Shown piece after piece: positions 38,147 to 51,316 of a stretch of DNA of 64,000 nucleotides. A program made the position numbers and the translations under genes. The notes under the pieces are model-generated. The model did not search any database. It saw only the letters and a list, made by a program, of their open reading frames with translations, and was not told the origin of the DNA. How positions within the stretch are numbered: the stretch's first letter is position 1; each line of letters starts with the position of its first letter. This stretch comes from Chrysomallon squamiferum (Eukaryota > Animalia > Mollusca): the NCBI GenBank assembly GCA_012295275.1, contig CM022671.1:31992001-32056000 (forward strand). Reading direction: 5' to 3'.

Positions 38147-38780
38147 GAATATTGAGTTTTATGTTGCATAAATTAACAATATTTTTATATTAACTTAAAT
38201 CATTTGTAATTTATTATTTACAAATTTACATTTATTACTGTATCCAAGTATTTAATCTTCTAAACCAATAATATTTTAATTTGCTTATAATATAAAGTAG
38301 AAAATAAATAGAGATAAATAGATCTATTTTTCTTGTTTTTAAATTATTATTGTTCTTATAATTACTTTGTAACCACTGAATAACAAAAATATGATTTTGT
38401 ACATCATTAAATCACAAAAATATGATAGTAACAAATTATATCACTTAATAACATTATTATGTGAATATTTTGTTTTATGTGCCATAAATTAACAATACTT
38501 TTATGTTGACTTAAATCACTTATTATATTATTTATTATTTACAAATATACATCTATAACAGTATCCAGGTATTTAATCTTCTAAAACAATATTATTATAA
38601 ATTGTATATACATATATATATATATATATATATAAAGTGGAAAATAAATAGAGACAACATAAATTTATTTTTCTTATTTTTAAATTAATTTTTTATTATT
38701 GTTGTTATAATTAATTTTTGTACATCACTAAATCACAAAAAAAAGTGATTGTGATAAATTAATGACATTATTCTGTGAAA
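38147..38780 (+). repeat. ~315-bp diverged tandem duplication
   Basis: GAATATT..CATAAATTAACAATA..GTATCCA.GTATTTAATCTTCTAAA..GAAAATAAATAGAGA..TTTTGTACATCA.TAAATCACAAAAA occurs twice in the same order. Confidence 0.8.
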
Positions 38781-40468
38781 CATTGGCTCAGTATCTTTTT
38801 ATTTTTATCTGTGTCATTGTGAAAATTATTTTATATTTCTTTTATCATTCACTTGCTGAGTGGAAGAGATGTGGACTCCAGCAGGAGAAATGTGGTTTTA
38901 AATCAAAAGGTGTGCACAGGAAAGAGAATTTTAAAGAAAATAATTTAACTTCTGCATTCAAGGCCATTTGATTATTTATTACAAATTTGACTATCTGATT
39001 CCAAATATATATTACACAACTCCTGGAATTTTTCCTAATAGCAGTAACACATAACTAAAATACTAAAAATAACACGAAAAAAAAAGTTTTTAAAATTTGC
39101 TTGGAAAAAGAAAAAAAGAATTGAAATAACTAATACGGAAATAACATTTAATGAAAGTAACAATATAAAAATGTTTAAAAAATGGCATTTAAATGTAAAA
39201 CTGAGAATGTGTCAAAAGTAAGATGTGATTAAAAGAAGTAAAATTGGGGAAATTTAAATAAATATCAGTGAACTGAAATTCACAGAATTTTTCCAGGGAG
39301 AAAATATGAAGGAAGTAACATATAGAAGTAAAATAGTAACAAAATTTTAACAACTAAATTTTAAATAAACCATTACAAGCACAAAATAATAATAATAAAA
39401 TAAAAATAAAGTTGAAATGTAAAAGGTAAATTTAAAGAATTAAAATGAAAAATTAAGCAAGTACAAAAGAACTACAATTTATAATAGTAATTTAAAGAAG
39501 TAACTTGAAAAACATTTAAAGAACTAAAATTATAATAAAATTTAAAGAAATGAGGCAGAAAATAAAATCTGAAAAAATAAAAGTAAAATAAAGTTTAAAT
39601 GAACAATTTGTAAATAAAATAGTAATAAAACAATTGTTATAAAAGAAAAAAGTGAAGTAAAATAAATGTAAAATTTTAAAAATTAAAAAATAAATTAAGA
39701 TTTAAAGAATTAACATGAAAAATCAAACAATTAAAATGAAATAACAAGACAGAAATGAAAATTAAACATCAAAAACATTCAAATGTATTTAATAATTAAA
39801 GTGAAATAAAATATACTGAACCAGAAATTAATTAAATAAAAATTAATGAAAGAAAACAAATAAGAATGAAATAAATAAAAACATAAAAATTTATAAAGTT
39901 AAATTTAGGGAATTAACTGAAAATAAAAACATAGTGATTTAGAATATTTTTGTAAAGACATAATAATGAAATAAAACTGAATAAAAATGTTAATAATTTT
40001 GCAATGGAAAATAAAAACAAAACATCAGAAAAAGAATCAAGAAAATGAAACTAAAAAATGCAAAATAAAATTTTTAAAGGAAAACGTCTGAAATAAAAAT
40101 AATATTTAAGAAAGCAATAAATAGTATTAAGTAGCATTTTGTTCAAGGAAATAATTTGAAAGAAGTAACAGTTAAAAACAAAAATAAAATTTAGAACATA
40201 GAATTGAAGAAACAGAAAAATTAAAAGATGTAAATTGGGAAAAAAAAGTAACATAAATAAAAAATTTTAAAAAAAGAAATTAAATTAAAGTTAGTGTCAT
40301 CTAATTAGAATTCTAAAAAGGTAAGTTGCCAGAGAGTTAAAAAATACATATATTTAAAGATAAAACAAAAACTAAAATAACAAAGTAGTAAAATTAAAAT
40401 CAAACTGAAGGAAGAGAAGATAAAAAGAAAAATTTGATAGTGAATTTATATCTCTAGAAGTGACAGTG

Positions 40469-40501
<33 letters not shown>

Positions 40502-41887
40502 AATAAATAAATAAAATTAAAAGAATAAAAAGTAGAAATCAAATTTAAGGGAATCAGATAGAAAATAAAATGGTAATAAATATATGAAACTAATTTATGA
40601 TTAAAAATAAACAATTAGAAAGTAAAATTTCAACATGTGTGCCTTAAAATAATTGAAAGACATAAAATAAATGTAAAAATGTAAAATTTAAAAAATAAAT
40701 ATGAAAATATTTAAGTAACAAATGAAACTTAAATGCAAAAAATAATAATTCTTAAGTAATACCTAAAAATACTAAGGAATTAAATCTGAAGAAGTCACAT
40801 AATAACAGAGATGTAACATCAGAAAAACAAATATTAAAGAAATAATATGGATATGTAAATTATAAATGTAACACTGAACTAAACTTTATTAAAAAAAAAT
40901 GGAAATGAAAGTGAGATCAAACTTAAGACAGACAGTACAATGGAATTAGAACTAAAACAATTAATTTTTGAAAAAGTAAAGAAGAAACACTGAAATAATA
41001 TTTTTTAACTAACGCATAATAAAAAATTAAACAACATACAAGTAAGAATAAGATTTAATTAAATCTCAAGATGATCTTTAAATAAGAAATAATGAAGAAA
41101 AAACTTACTCAGTTTTTTAAGACATTTTAAAATATTCATTTATGCAAAATAATTTTAATAAACGTAGATTGACCATTTTCGTAAGACTTTTGTACACCAC
41201 AAAACCACCTTCATTAAACAAACTGGGATTTAGGTTACTTTAAAATTTCAGCATAATTTCCAGAAAGAAAAGCTGATTGAAAATACACTTCACTGAAACA
41301 TAATATTAAAAAAGATTTAAAACAAATAAAACAGTAAAAACAAATATTAAAATAAAATAAAATAAAATAAAAAATATATTTATGAACAAAAACACACAAA
41401 AAAACAACAACATAAATAATCTTTTTAATTGTATTTCAACACAACTCATTATAAAGTATCATTTATTGTTTTTTATAATGAAGATTATGAGTTAGTAGTT
41501 GTTCTTGAATACTGGATCATTAATTTCGCTGAAAAGCAACAAATTTCATTTGCATGAACAGTCCCTAATAAATCATTTAATTTGTTAACCAAAACGGTTC
41601 TAGCTCTGTAACATATTAAAAAAAAAAAAAAAAATGTATTAAATTTAATTTAATAGTTAATAGATTTATTTATTTATTTATTTATTTATTTATTGTGTTT
41701 TTCTTTATTTATAAAAATAATAAAATTGAGAAAAAGGTAATTTATATCAGGATTTTAATCACGCATTTATTTCTGTTTGTTTCCGGACTAAATAATCTCA
41801 CAAGTAAAGATATAAAAATTCTTATTAGGAATATTAAAAAAATAAATTAAGTAAAATAAAAATCAAAAAAATAAATATAATAAATAG

Positions 41888-41941
<54 letters not shown>

Positions 41942-42283
41942 TTATTAAAACTGGTATCATAATATCAATTCAGAATTTTTTTAAATAGTAATTCTATTAC
42001 AAACGTATTACATGGTTATTTTTATCTTGCATCTGTATTAAGTGTGGTACGAACTGCGAATTTTGATTAGAATGTTCTCCCTTCTCATTTTCTCACAACC
42101 TTGAACTTGACTAAAGATCCTTGTTTTCATAAACGTGATTGGCTGTAACCTCTAGTACAGCACGCTAACTGTGCGTGACCTCAATGTTGTCAATCTGTTA
42201 TTTCTATGGCCAAGGCCACCAAAGAAGCAAATTTTACAGGGAATTCTTTTTTTCTGTAGACACTACTGATTCCATGCGGTGGA

Positions 42284-45200
42284 ATGGTTATACAAAACCT
42301 TGTCAAAATTGAGACGTACTCAATGAATATGTTAGATTCGAAAAAGAACAAGGTGTCGGAAGAGAATAACGAAACAGAAATGGACAAAACTATACATTCT
42401 GGGCATTTCATGGCAAGTCGCGTGCATGTCAAATACGAGGATGACGACGATGAAGATGCAGTCGACATCGAGAGGAAAGGATTTGATTTTTTGTCAGCTA
42501 CAAAAGAAACTTTTAAAACATATCGTTTTGGTCCAAGAAGTACTCAAACTCTGGCTATTGATGCGTCACTCACAAATCTTTTTAACTGCATGACTCTTGC
42601 ATACAGGTAAACAACGCAGCAAATCAACACACATTAAAATTAATTTTAAGTGTTATGTTCAGATTTACTAACAAGCCATTAAAATTAACAGCCATATAAA
42701 AATACATCATCTAATTTTAATAAATGCTTATTCATTCCCTTTCAGTTTTTATTAAGTGAAAAATAATAAAGATATATAATCCTGTTAAGTAACATGACGT
42801 AGAAAACAGATGTAATGGCATATGGTAATATAATAATGGCCTGCACTAATTTATGATAATGCTAAAATATTCCAGACCATTTTTCAGCTTTACAAAATAA
42901 CTGCATGCCTGAATTAACCTATAACTAAGAATAAAAATAATAAGATTATTTAGGGGTTTGTACACCTTAATACAGTCTAACCGTTCAAATACAGTTAATA
43001 GCAAAACAAAAATTAAAAATAATAATAATAATAATAGAAGTTATTTACATTTTATATCATCAGGTTTTTGTTGTAAATTGCTGCACATGCTTTATTTGTG
43101 TTTACATTTTTCAATGTTTGATCTTACTTATTTTTATTTTTAAATTTTGCTTCATATAATCAAAATATTGATTGACAATAAAAATTAAAAAATGGTTTAA
43201 CAATCCCGCAGAATTTCATTATAAAACAAAATAAATAATATATATGATAAATATAGCAACAATTACAAGACTGAAAGACAAGAATTGTTTACCAAAATTA
43301 AAAAGTGCTAAAATGTATCCCTTTTTTGTGCAAATAAATTATTTTTCATGTTTAATAATAAAAATGTGTTTTATATTGATAACATATTTGTTAGACTACT
43401 TTGTTATGTCACTTTTAAATCTTTCCAATTGACAAACAGATATTCAGCGTTCCGTCTTGTTTATAGCTTGAGGGTTATTTAAATTTTCATTGCAGCCAAT
43501 AACTGATAAGAAGACATTTGAATATTTTCTCTCATTGACATATTATTCTCATCTAATGTTTATTTAATAAATACATTTCCAGTTTGCCTGGCAGCTATAT
43601 CATGATCATTTTAAAAGAAAAAAAGAAAAATTTGTCAGTTGTTACAAACATGATATTATTTCCATTATAAGTACCAGAATAAAATCATTAACATGTAGCT
43701 GTGGTGATGTGATGTATAGTCTAATAAAATGTGTTATACTTTCAAGTTATTATTTCGCAGTGATCTGTTATTGTTAATATGAAAAGAATTACAGTTAAAA
43801 GCATTTTGATAGTCACTTTACAACTATAAACACTGGAAGGAATTTTAAAGCAAATTGATCAGTCTATACACAGTGACATCACAACTACAGAACCAGCACC
43901 ACCATGATTTTTTTTAAACTCTACTCTTGTTCTTCTTTATACTTCTTTAATATCAAAATAAAAATAATAAACAAAAAATAACTTAAAAGTAAACAGTTTA
44001 TTTAGACTTTCTTTCCATATTTCTGTACCTATACTGTAATATGTGTATATAAAATTTCAGTGCAAACATCACTAAGGATTTCAGTTAATTTTTAATCCAT
44101 TTTCTTTCAGTGGGAAAATTACATCACCAAAATGGAATACATTTCGAGGCATGCATCTTCAGGTGAAAGACAAGATTCGCCTTAATAACATCATCTGGCG
44201 AGAATGGCACATGCAGTGTAAGTATAAACAGTTCAGTATGTACACATGTACCGTGAGTATGGACAGTTCAGTGTGTATGCGTGCAGTGCAAGTATGGACA
44301 GTTCAGTGTGTAAATGTGCAGTGCAAGTATGGACAGTTCAGTGTGTAAATGTGCAGTGCAAGTATGGACAGTTCAGTGTGTAAAGGTGCAGTGCAAGTAT
44401 GGACATTTCAGTGTATACATATGCAGTGCAAAAATGGACAGTTCAGTGTATACATATGCAGTGCAAACATGGACAGTTCAGTGTATACATATGCAGTGCA
44501 AACATGGACAGTTCAGTGTGTACATATGCAGTGCATGTACAGACAGTTCAGTATGTACTGTGAGTATGGACAGTTCAGTGTATACATATGCAGTGCAGGT
44601 ATATACAGCTCAGTGTATACATTTGCAGTGCAAGTATGGACAGTTCAGTGTATACATATGCACACAAACATGGACAGTTCAGGGTATACATATGCAGTGC
44701 AAACATGGACAGTTCAGTGTATACATATGCAGTGCAGGTATATACAGCTCAATGTATACATTTGCAGTATAAGCATGGACAGTTTACTGTGTACATGTGC
44801 AGTGCAAGTACAGACAGTTCAGTGAGTACATATGCAGTGCATATACAGACAGTTCAGTATGTACATGTGCAGTGCAATTATGGACACTTTAAACTATTCA
44901 TGCACTGCAAGTATGAACAGTTATATATATGTATGCAGAGTTGTTATAAACAGTTCAGAAAGTGTGTGTGCAGTGTTGCTATGTACAGCACGGTATGTAT
45001 GCATGCAGTGCAAACATGGAGAGTTCACTATGTGTACACGAAGGATAACATGCAGATAATAATGACCTGCTTTGTTACATTATCAACTAGTGTCAGAGTC
45101 TTCAGTGTACTTTTTCCTGATACAGCATCATTTTAAAATTAATGAAAAGGTGGAAGTGTATATTTTCAGTCACCTTTCAGCTTTGACTATATATAACTAT

Positions 45201-48134
45201 AGTAATAAGAAAACAAACAAAAATCCCCATTCATGACAGCATTGTTATTAGTGAAAGAGGAGTTAAAACTACAGTATGTATGAAACACTGTATATATGTA
45301 TATATGTATGCATCAATGTATTTATGTATCTATTTGTCTATATATATATATATATATCTATGTTTGTGTGTTTGTTTATCTATGAATGCTTATCTGTTTA
45401 TATATACGTATGTAGTGTATCTATGTGTGTGTATGTTTGTATATATTTATTTATTTGTTTATAAATATTAATTGTCAAAATAACTTTAATTGCTATAGTG
45501 ATTAATAATGATATAAATTTCATGTAATTGAAACTGATTAAATTTCTCAGAATTGTCTATGATAGGCATTATTCAACTAGGCATGCTTGTCTAATGACAT
45601 AAAAATGGAGATCGGAATGGTTTTGTATAGCTCATAAATGTGACCGTCCATGATTCAGCATAATAAACCAATTTAAATAAATTAGGTATACGTATATATG
45701 AATACAAACATTTTCCAACACAGATGTTTATACTTGCATAAGACTCTTGCATACATAAATGTTTGTCTTTTTCTTCATTTTCTTTCTTTGTTTTTATTTT
45801 TACACTTTTTTTTTTTTTTTTAATTTGTTAATTCTTATACACATGAACAACAAAGATTAAAGGTTTATCTAGTGTTTCAAGGATTATCAGACATATTATA
45901 CAGTGAAACATGATGTCCCATATGCCCAACATCATGGGTTAAACACATATATGCACATATACATAAACACAAACACACACAAATGCACACTTACTAGCAC
46001 GTTTATTATATATAACTTGGGTTCATTAAGGAAAATATTTAATAATTTTAAAAATCGATATTTACAGATATATACTGCAAGAAGCCCATTGTCTGTCAGT
46101 TTGCCACACCTTTGTCAGACGACATTCATACCAAGCCAGAGGTGAGATACTGACCCCTCTCCATTATTTATTTATTTATTTATTTAACTTTTTTTTATAT
46201 TATTTATTTATTTATTTATTTACTTATTTATTTAATTTTTTATTATTTTTATTTATTTATTTTCTTTTTGAGTATTTATTTATTTATTTGTTGTTGGTGG
46301 TGTTATTACTATTATTGTCCATAGTTGTACTATTTTATTTTAGTAGTAATTGTTTTTGGGTTTTTTTTTTTTTTTTTTTTGTAAAGTGAACAAAATATTT
46401 AACAGTTATTTATACTTTGCATTCTTAATTTTTAATTTAATTTCCTCTATCAGTACTTAGGCCTTAGATTCACATCCCTGAAACTGTGAAATACAGGTGA
46501 TTTGTTTTAACTTTAAATGTTTTAAATTAGTTGCTCAATTATAGAAGCCGTCATATACAGCAGATTTATTATAACTGTTGTTGTTGTTGTTTTTTTCCAG
46601 GCTGTTGTTTTGGAAGGGAAATACTGGAAAAGAAAACTGGTTACTGTAACAGCCACGTACAAGAAATGGAGAAAATTCTTCAAAGATCGTCTGTCACATG
46701 AATCAACCAAGCAGAGGGTAGGGGAGACAATTCAGTTTACAGTGTTTTCAAGGGTTATCTTTAAAAAATAAATTATATAAAAAGTCACCATGTTTTGGGT
46801 ATTTTTGTTTAAATGTGGGTGGTGTATTTTATACTGTTGCATTTTTTTTGGAATAGCATGAAAATATTTTATATTCTATTTTCTTATGAATTTTATTGGA
46901 TATAGGTTTTAATGATTTTTTTTTCTCAAACTTTTAAAATTATTAAACATAACCATTATAATTTTTTAATATTATTATATAATTATTATCTTTTTATTTT
47001 TATTATTATCTTTCTTTGTTTCTTATTTTTCAATTTTTAAATAAACTGATGTAATTGTTTTTGAAATGTAAAAGAACAAGTTTACAATTAACATTAGTGT
47101 GGATGCAGTTAATCAAAAGCAAGCATTATTAATAGTTTGTCATTTAGTAGCTCTAAAGTTTAAATAAAGTTTTTACTTTTCAAACATACATTCACTATAC
47201 TAGTTCTAAAGATTAAATACATTTTTTTTCTTTTCAAATATACATTCATGGTGTTTACCTTTTTCTGATTTCTTTTTCAAATAGATTTTTTCTGATTTTC
47301 ATTTTATGATGCTTATGTTAAAGTTTTGTAGGTTTTAATGGAGAGTTATATATATCAATTGTTTTTAAATTACTAAAGCTAATCATTATATTTCAATATT
47401 TATTTTCTTTTTTTTTGTTATTTCAGTTGTAAATTTTAATTTATTTATTTTATTTATTTTTATTTTTAAATTTTCCGTTCTTTTAAATTATTTTAATATA
47501 CTGATGTGTATTTCTTAAATTAAAAAAAAACACAAAACAATTATACAATAATAATTAGTTAATCATTACACTTTGTTCTAAAGTTTAAATGCAGTTTCTT
47601 CTTTTCAAATATACATTCATAACATTTATTCTTCATTTTTTTTTCCTTCTTTCTTTTATGATGTATTCTGATTTTTAAAAATAAACTATATTCTGGTGTT
47701 TTTTCTAGGATGCCTCTGTTAAGGTTTTATTAAACCAGGTTCAGGATTCTGATGCATTGTCCCAGTCTCTGCAGAAACCCCAGGCTGCCACTGACCTGCA
47801 GCTCAAGGGAGATGAAATGGACTGGGATCTCAACATATTTGCCAGTCTGAATCAGCCATTTGCCTTCCCAAATCCTAGAGAGCTGAGTGAGACCTTTAAT
47901 TTTTTTATACTTTTTTATTTTATTTTATTTTATCTTTATTTATTATTTTTTTTTTAAATCTAATTTTACTATTTTTCTTTTATTTATTTTTATTTATTTT
48001 GTTCTTTATCATTTTATAAATTTACTTTAGAAAATTTCAGTTTTCTGTTTTATAATTTGCTTGTATAAATTCTATATATTATTTTTTATATATATAAGGC
48101 CTTAAACTTACTATTTTTTTTTTATTTAATTATG

Positions 48135-48168
<34 letters not shown>

Positions 48169-50513
48169 TAATCCTTTGATTATGACTGGAATGAACTATT
48201 TTGTCAGTATTAGTATTGATTTCTTATCTCTTTTTGAACTGACTATTCAATGATTTTTATCTTAATTTTTATTTATTTATTTATTTTTATCTTTCAGATC
48301 AGCTAGGCTGTTCAGATTTAATTCAGCCAGGTTTGATGGGATTACAACCAAATCTTGATGATTTGATGGATATTGATGTCGTTCAAGGTAAAATCTTGTT
48401 TATCATCTTAGAAATAAGACTCAGAATGTTTGATAGTTATTATACTTAGAAATAAAACTCAATTCCTTTTGCAGTGATTAGAAATAAGATCCTTTTTTTT
48501 TTTTCAGAAGTTATTATCTTTGAAATAAGACTGGGTTCTTTTCAACATTTTTGATCTGAATAATAATAATCAATAACTATATGTTTAATATCATTTATAT
48601 TTCTAAGCAGAAAATTTGATAAGTCTAACAGTTATTATTATCTAATAAAAGTGGATGTGAACCAATTCTGATATCATATTTATACTTTTTTTGACAGATA
48701 AATAATGCAAAATTTATGCTTTTTTTTAAGGTAGGAACATTTTTTAAAATTATTTTAATATTTTATTTTATTATTATTTATTTATTTATTTATTGTATTA
48801 TTATTAATATTATTTTTATTTATTTATATATTCTTTATTTTATTTTTATTATTATTATTTTTATTTTTATTTACTGAACTTCCTGTTTCAGGTCACATAA
48901 CCTATAACAGCATATTCCATTCTTATTTAATAATCTTTCATATTTTTTAATTAATAAATTTCGCCTTTCAAATTTTAATTTTATTTTCATTTATTTCTTT
49001 TTTATTTGGTTTAACTTAAAATAAAAATTAAAATAATAATAATAATGATAATAATAATAATTAAAAAAAATTAGAATCTAAACCATATGGTGTTTGAAAA
49101 AGGTATGAACTAATTTCTTAAAACTTGTCTAATTTCTCCACAAATTATGATAACCTAATTTTAAAACGTCAGTCATACAAAAAGAATTAGTCACAAAATA
49201 TTATAACTACACAGAACAGATTATACTCTATTTGTTTTTGTGAATGAAAGAGGAACCAATTTACATGAATAGATTTAATATTTAACAGATAAAATAATCA
49301 TTACTACATAGTAAGTGCATAAAGCAGAAACCTTGTTACATCATCTAACAGTTACAGAGATTAAGTTAAGCTATATGCCGAGAGGTAATTATGTTTTAAG
49401 GATTTCAAGATAAAATTTGACTTATGATCATTCCATGTCAAATCAGCTAATGGGTTAAACTTCTCTGAGACCAAAAACTCATTTTGTGGAGTCCAAATCC
49501 ACCTGACATGTCTGAAGGATATGAAAAGATGCCAAATGGCATCACATGTTCTACACAATCAGGCCCAAAGGGTTAACAGGAAGTGTGGCTTCAGGAACTC
49601 CTTGAAATCCCCACTGAGCACATGGCATTTAAAAGTTTCTACTAATCTGTCTATTCCCACTAGCTTTTGTTCCTATTTCTACCAATACTACATCTTTTTC
49701 TACTGACACTACTATCGGTGATGCTACATTGTTTGGTATAGTAGTTATAATAGTAATACCAGCACCTCCACTACTACTACTACTACCACCACCACCACCA
49801 CTGGTATTACTTCTACCACAACCAGTACTTCTACCATTACTGCTGTTACTACTTTATTAGAACAACTACTACTATCAACATCATTGCCACTACTGCTACT
49901 TTTATTATCACAAATACTGTTACTACCTCTACCACTACTAGCAGCACCATTACATCAGCAACTACTACAATAGCTATTTCTTATTTTGCTTCTTCTACTG
50001 ACATTACTTCTTCTATTACCAGCACTATAATTCATCCTGCCACTTCTTCTAGTACTACAAATCATACTAACACTCCTTCTACATTACTATTATATCTCCT
50101 ACTACCTATTGGCATGGTCAGGTTTAACAAAAAAAAATATGGGGGTTATTTTGACATGGAATGGCCCTATATGTTTCACATGTTCTCAGAACAAAAAAGA
50201 AACTACTTAAAATCTTCAGGGTTGCTGCATTTTTAAGAATTACACTGGAACATCTTAATAATGTATACAGTGTTTTTGAAAAATAGTTTCTGCCACAGAG
50301 AAACAGTAGTGAGTTTGGACTAACAGGTTTTCTGATTTATTTTAAGATTCGATATTCATAACATTTATGCTCCTGAAGTCCTTCAAATGTATGTGTGTGT
50401 GTGTGTGTGTGTGTGTCTTTGCATGCACATTTTGTGTTATTGAAAGTTATTGAAATTTTACTTAATACACAGGTTATGTATGAACTAAAAAATTCTAACC
50501 TGAACTATCACAT

Positions 50514-50552
<39 letters not shown>

Positions 50553-51282
50553 CTCAATTATTACTCTTTTTCATTTTCCATCAACAATATTTATTTTCTG
50601 TTGAAATGACTGTTGGCCTAAATTCAGCATTTTTTATTTATTTTTTATTTTTTTCTGTTCTGTTTTGGAAACCTTTTTATTAATCATTTGGATTTTCCTG
50701 ATACACAAACACAAGGTAACTGCATTAATGGTATTAAAACACTCAGATATAAAAGAAACTGTGATGTAATGAATCATATTCTCATCAGTCCTGAATGCAG
50801 CCCAGGTACAGTTTAAGTAACCAAATTCGTGTTTTTAAATTGCAGTAACCATTTTGACAGTAAAGAGGTTAAAAAATTATTATAGAAAAGTTGAAAAATT
50901 CCAATTCCCAAATTACAAAATGATAACTTTGTCATATAGCTGTAATTCCTGCATTGCCTTGGTATCTTGTCACTGACACACCAGAGACCAATGTTTTATT
51001 TTATATTACTCCAGTGCTGGTATTTCTGTTTCAGTTAAGTACTGTGTAAAGTTGTGATGCTGAATTAATTAGATAGCCAAAGTGCAATGTCAAAACTTTA
51101 AGCTGACTGTGCAGACAAAATGGAAATGGATTTGATGTGTTGCTGGTATATCAGCTTGTTTATTTGTTCATTTAATTATTATTTTTTTCAGTTTATTACT
51201 AATGATGGTAGAGGTAGCAGCAGAAGTAGTTTTTTTCTTGTTTTCTTTATTTCTTTATTTTTATTATTTTTATTTATTTTTT

Positions 51283-51316
<34 letters not shown>

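Noticed and set aside
44211-45030. CRISPR-like regular repeats
   Set aside because: No unique spacers, no cas genes, eukaryotic intron.
44314-45136. Overlapping 150-180 aa Cys/Tyr-rich ORFs
   Set aside because: They are translations of the 35-bp minisatellite; the same peptide words cycle through all frames.
49425-50166. Possible DNA transposon bounded by CATTCCATGTCAAA inverted repeats
   Set aside because: Left terminus degenerate, no TSD, interior mostly simple repeat.
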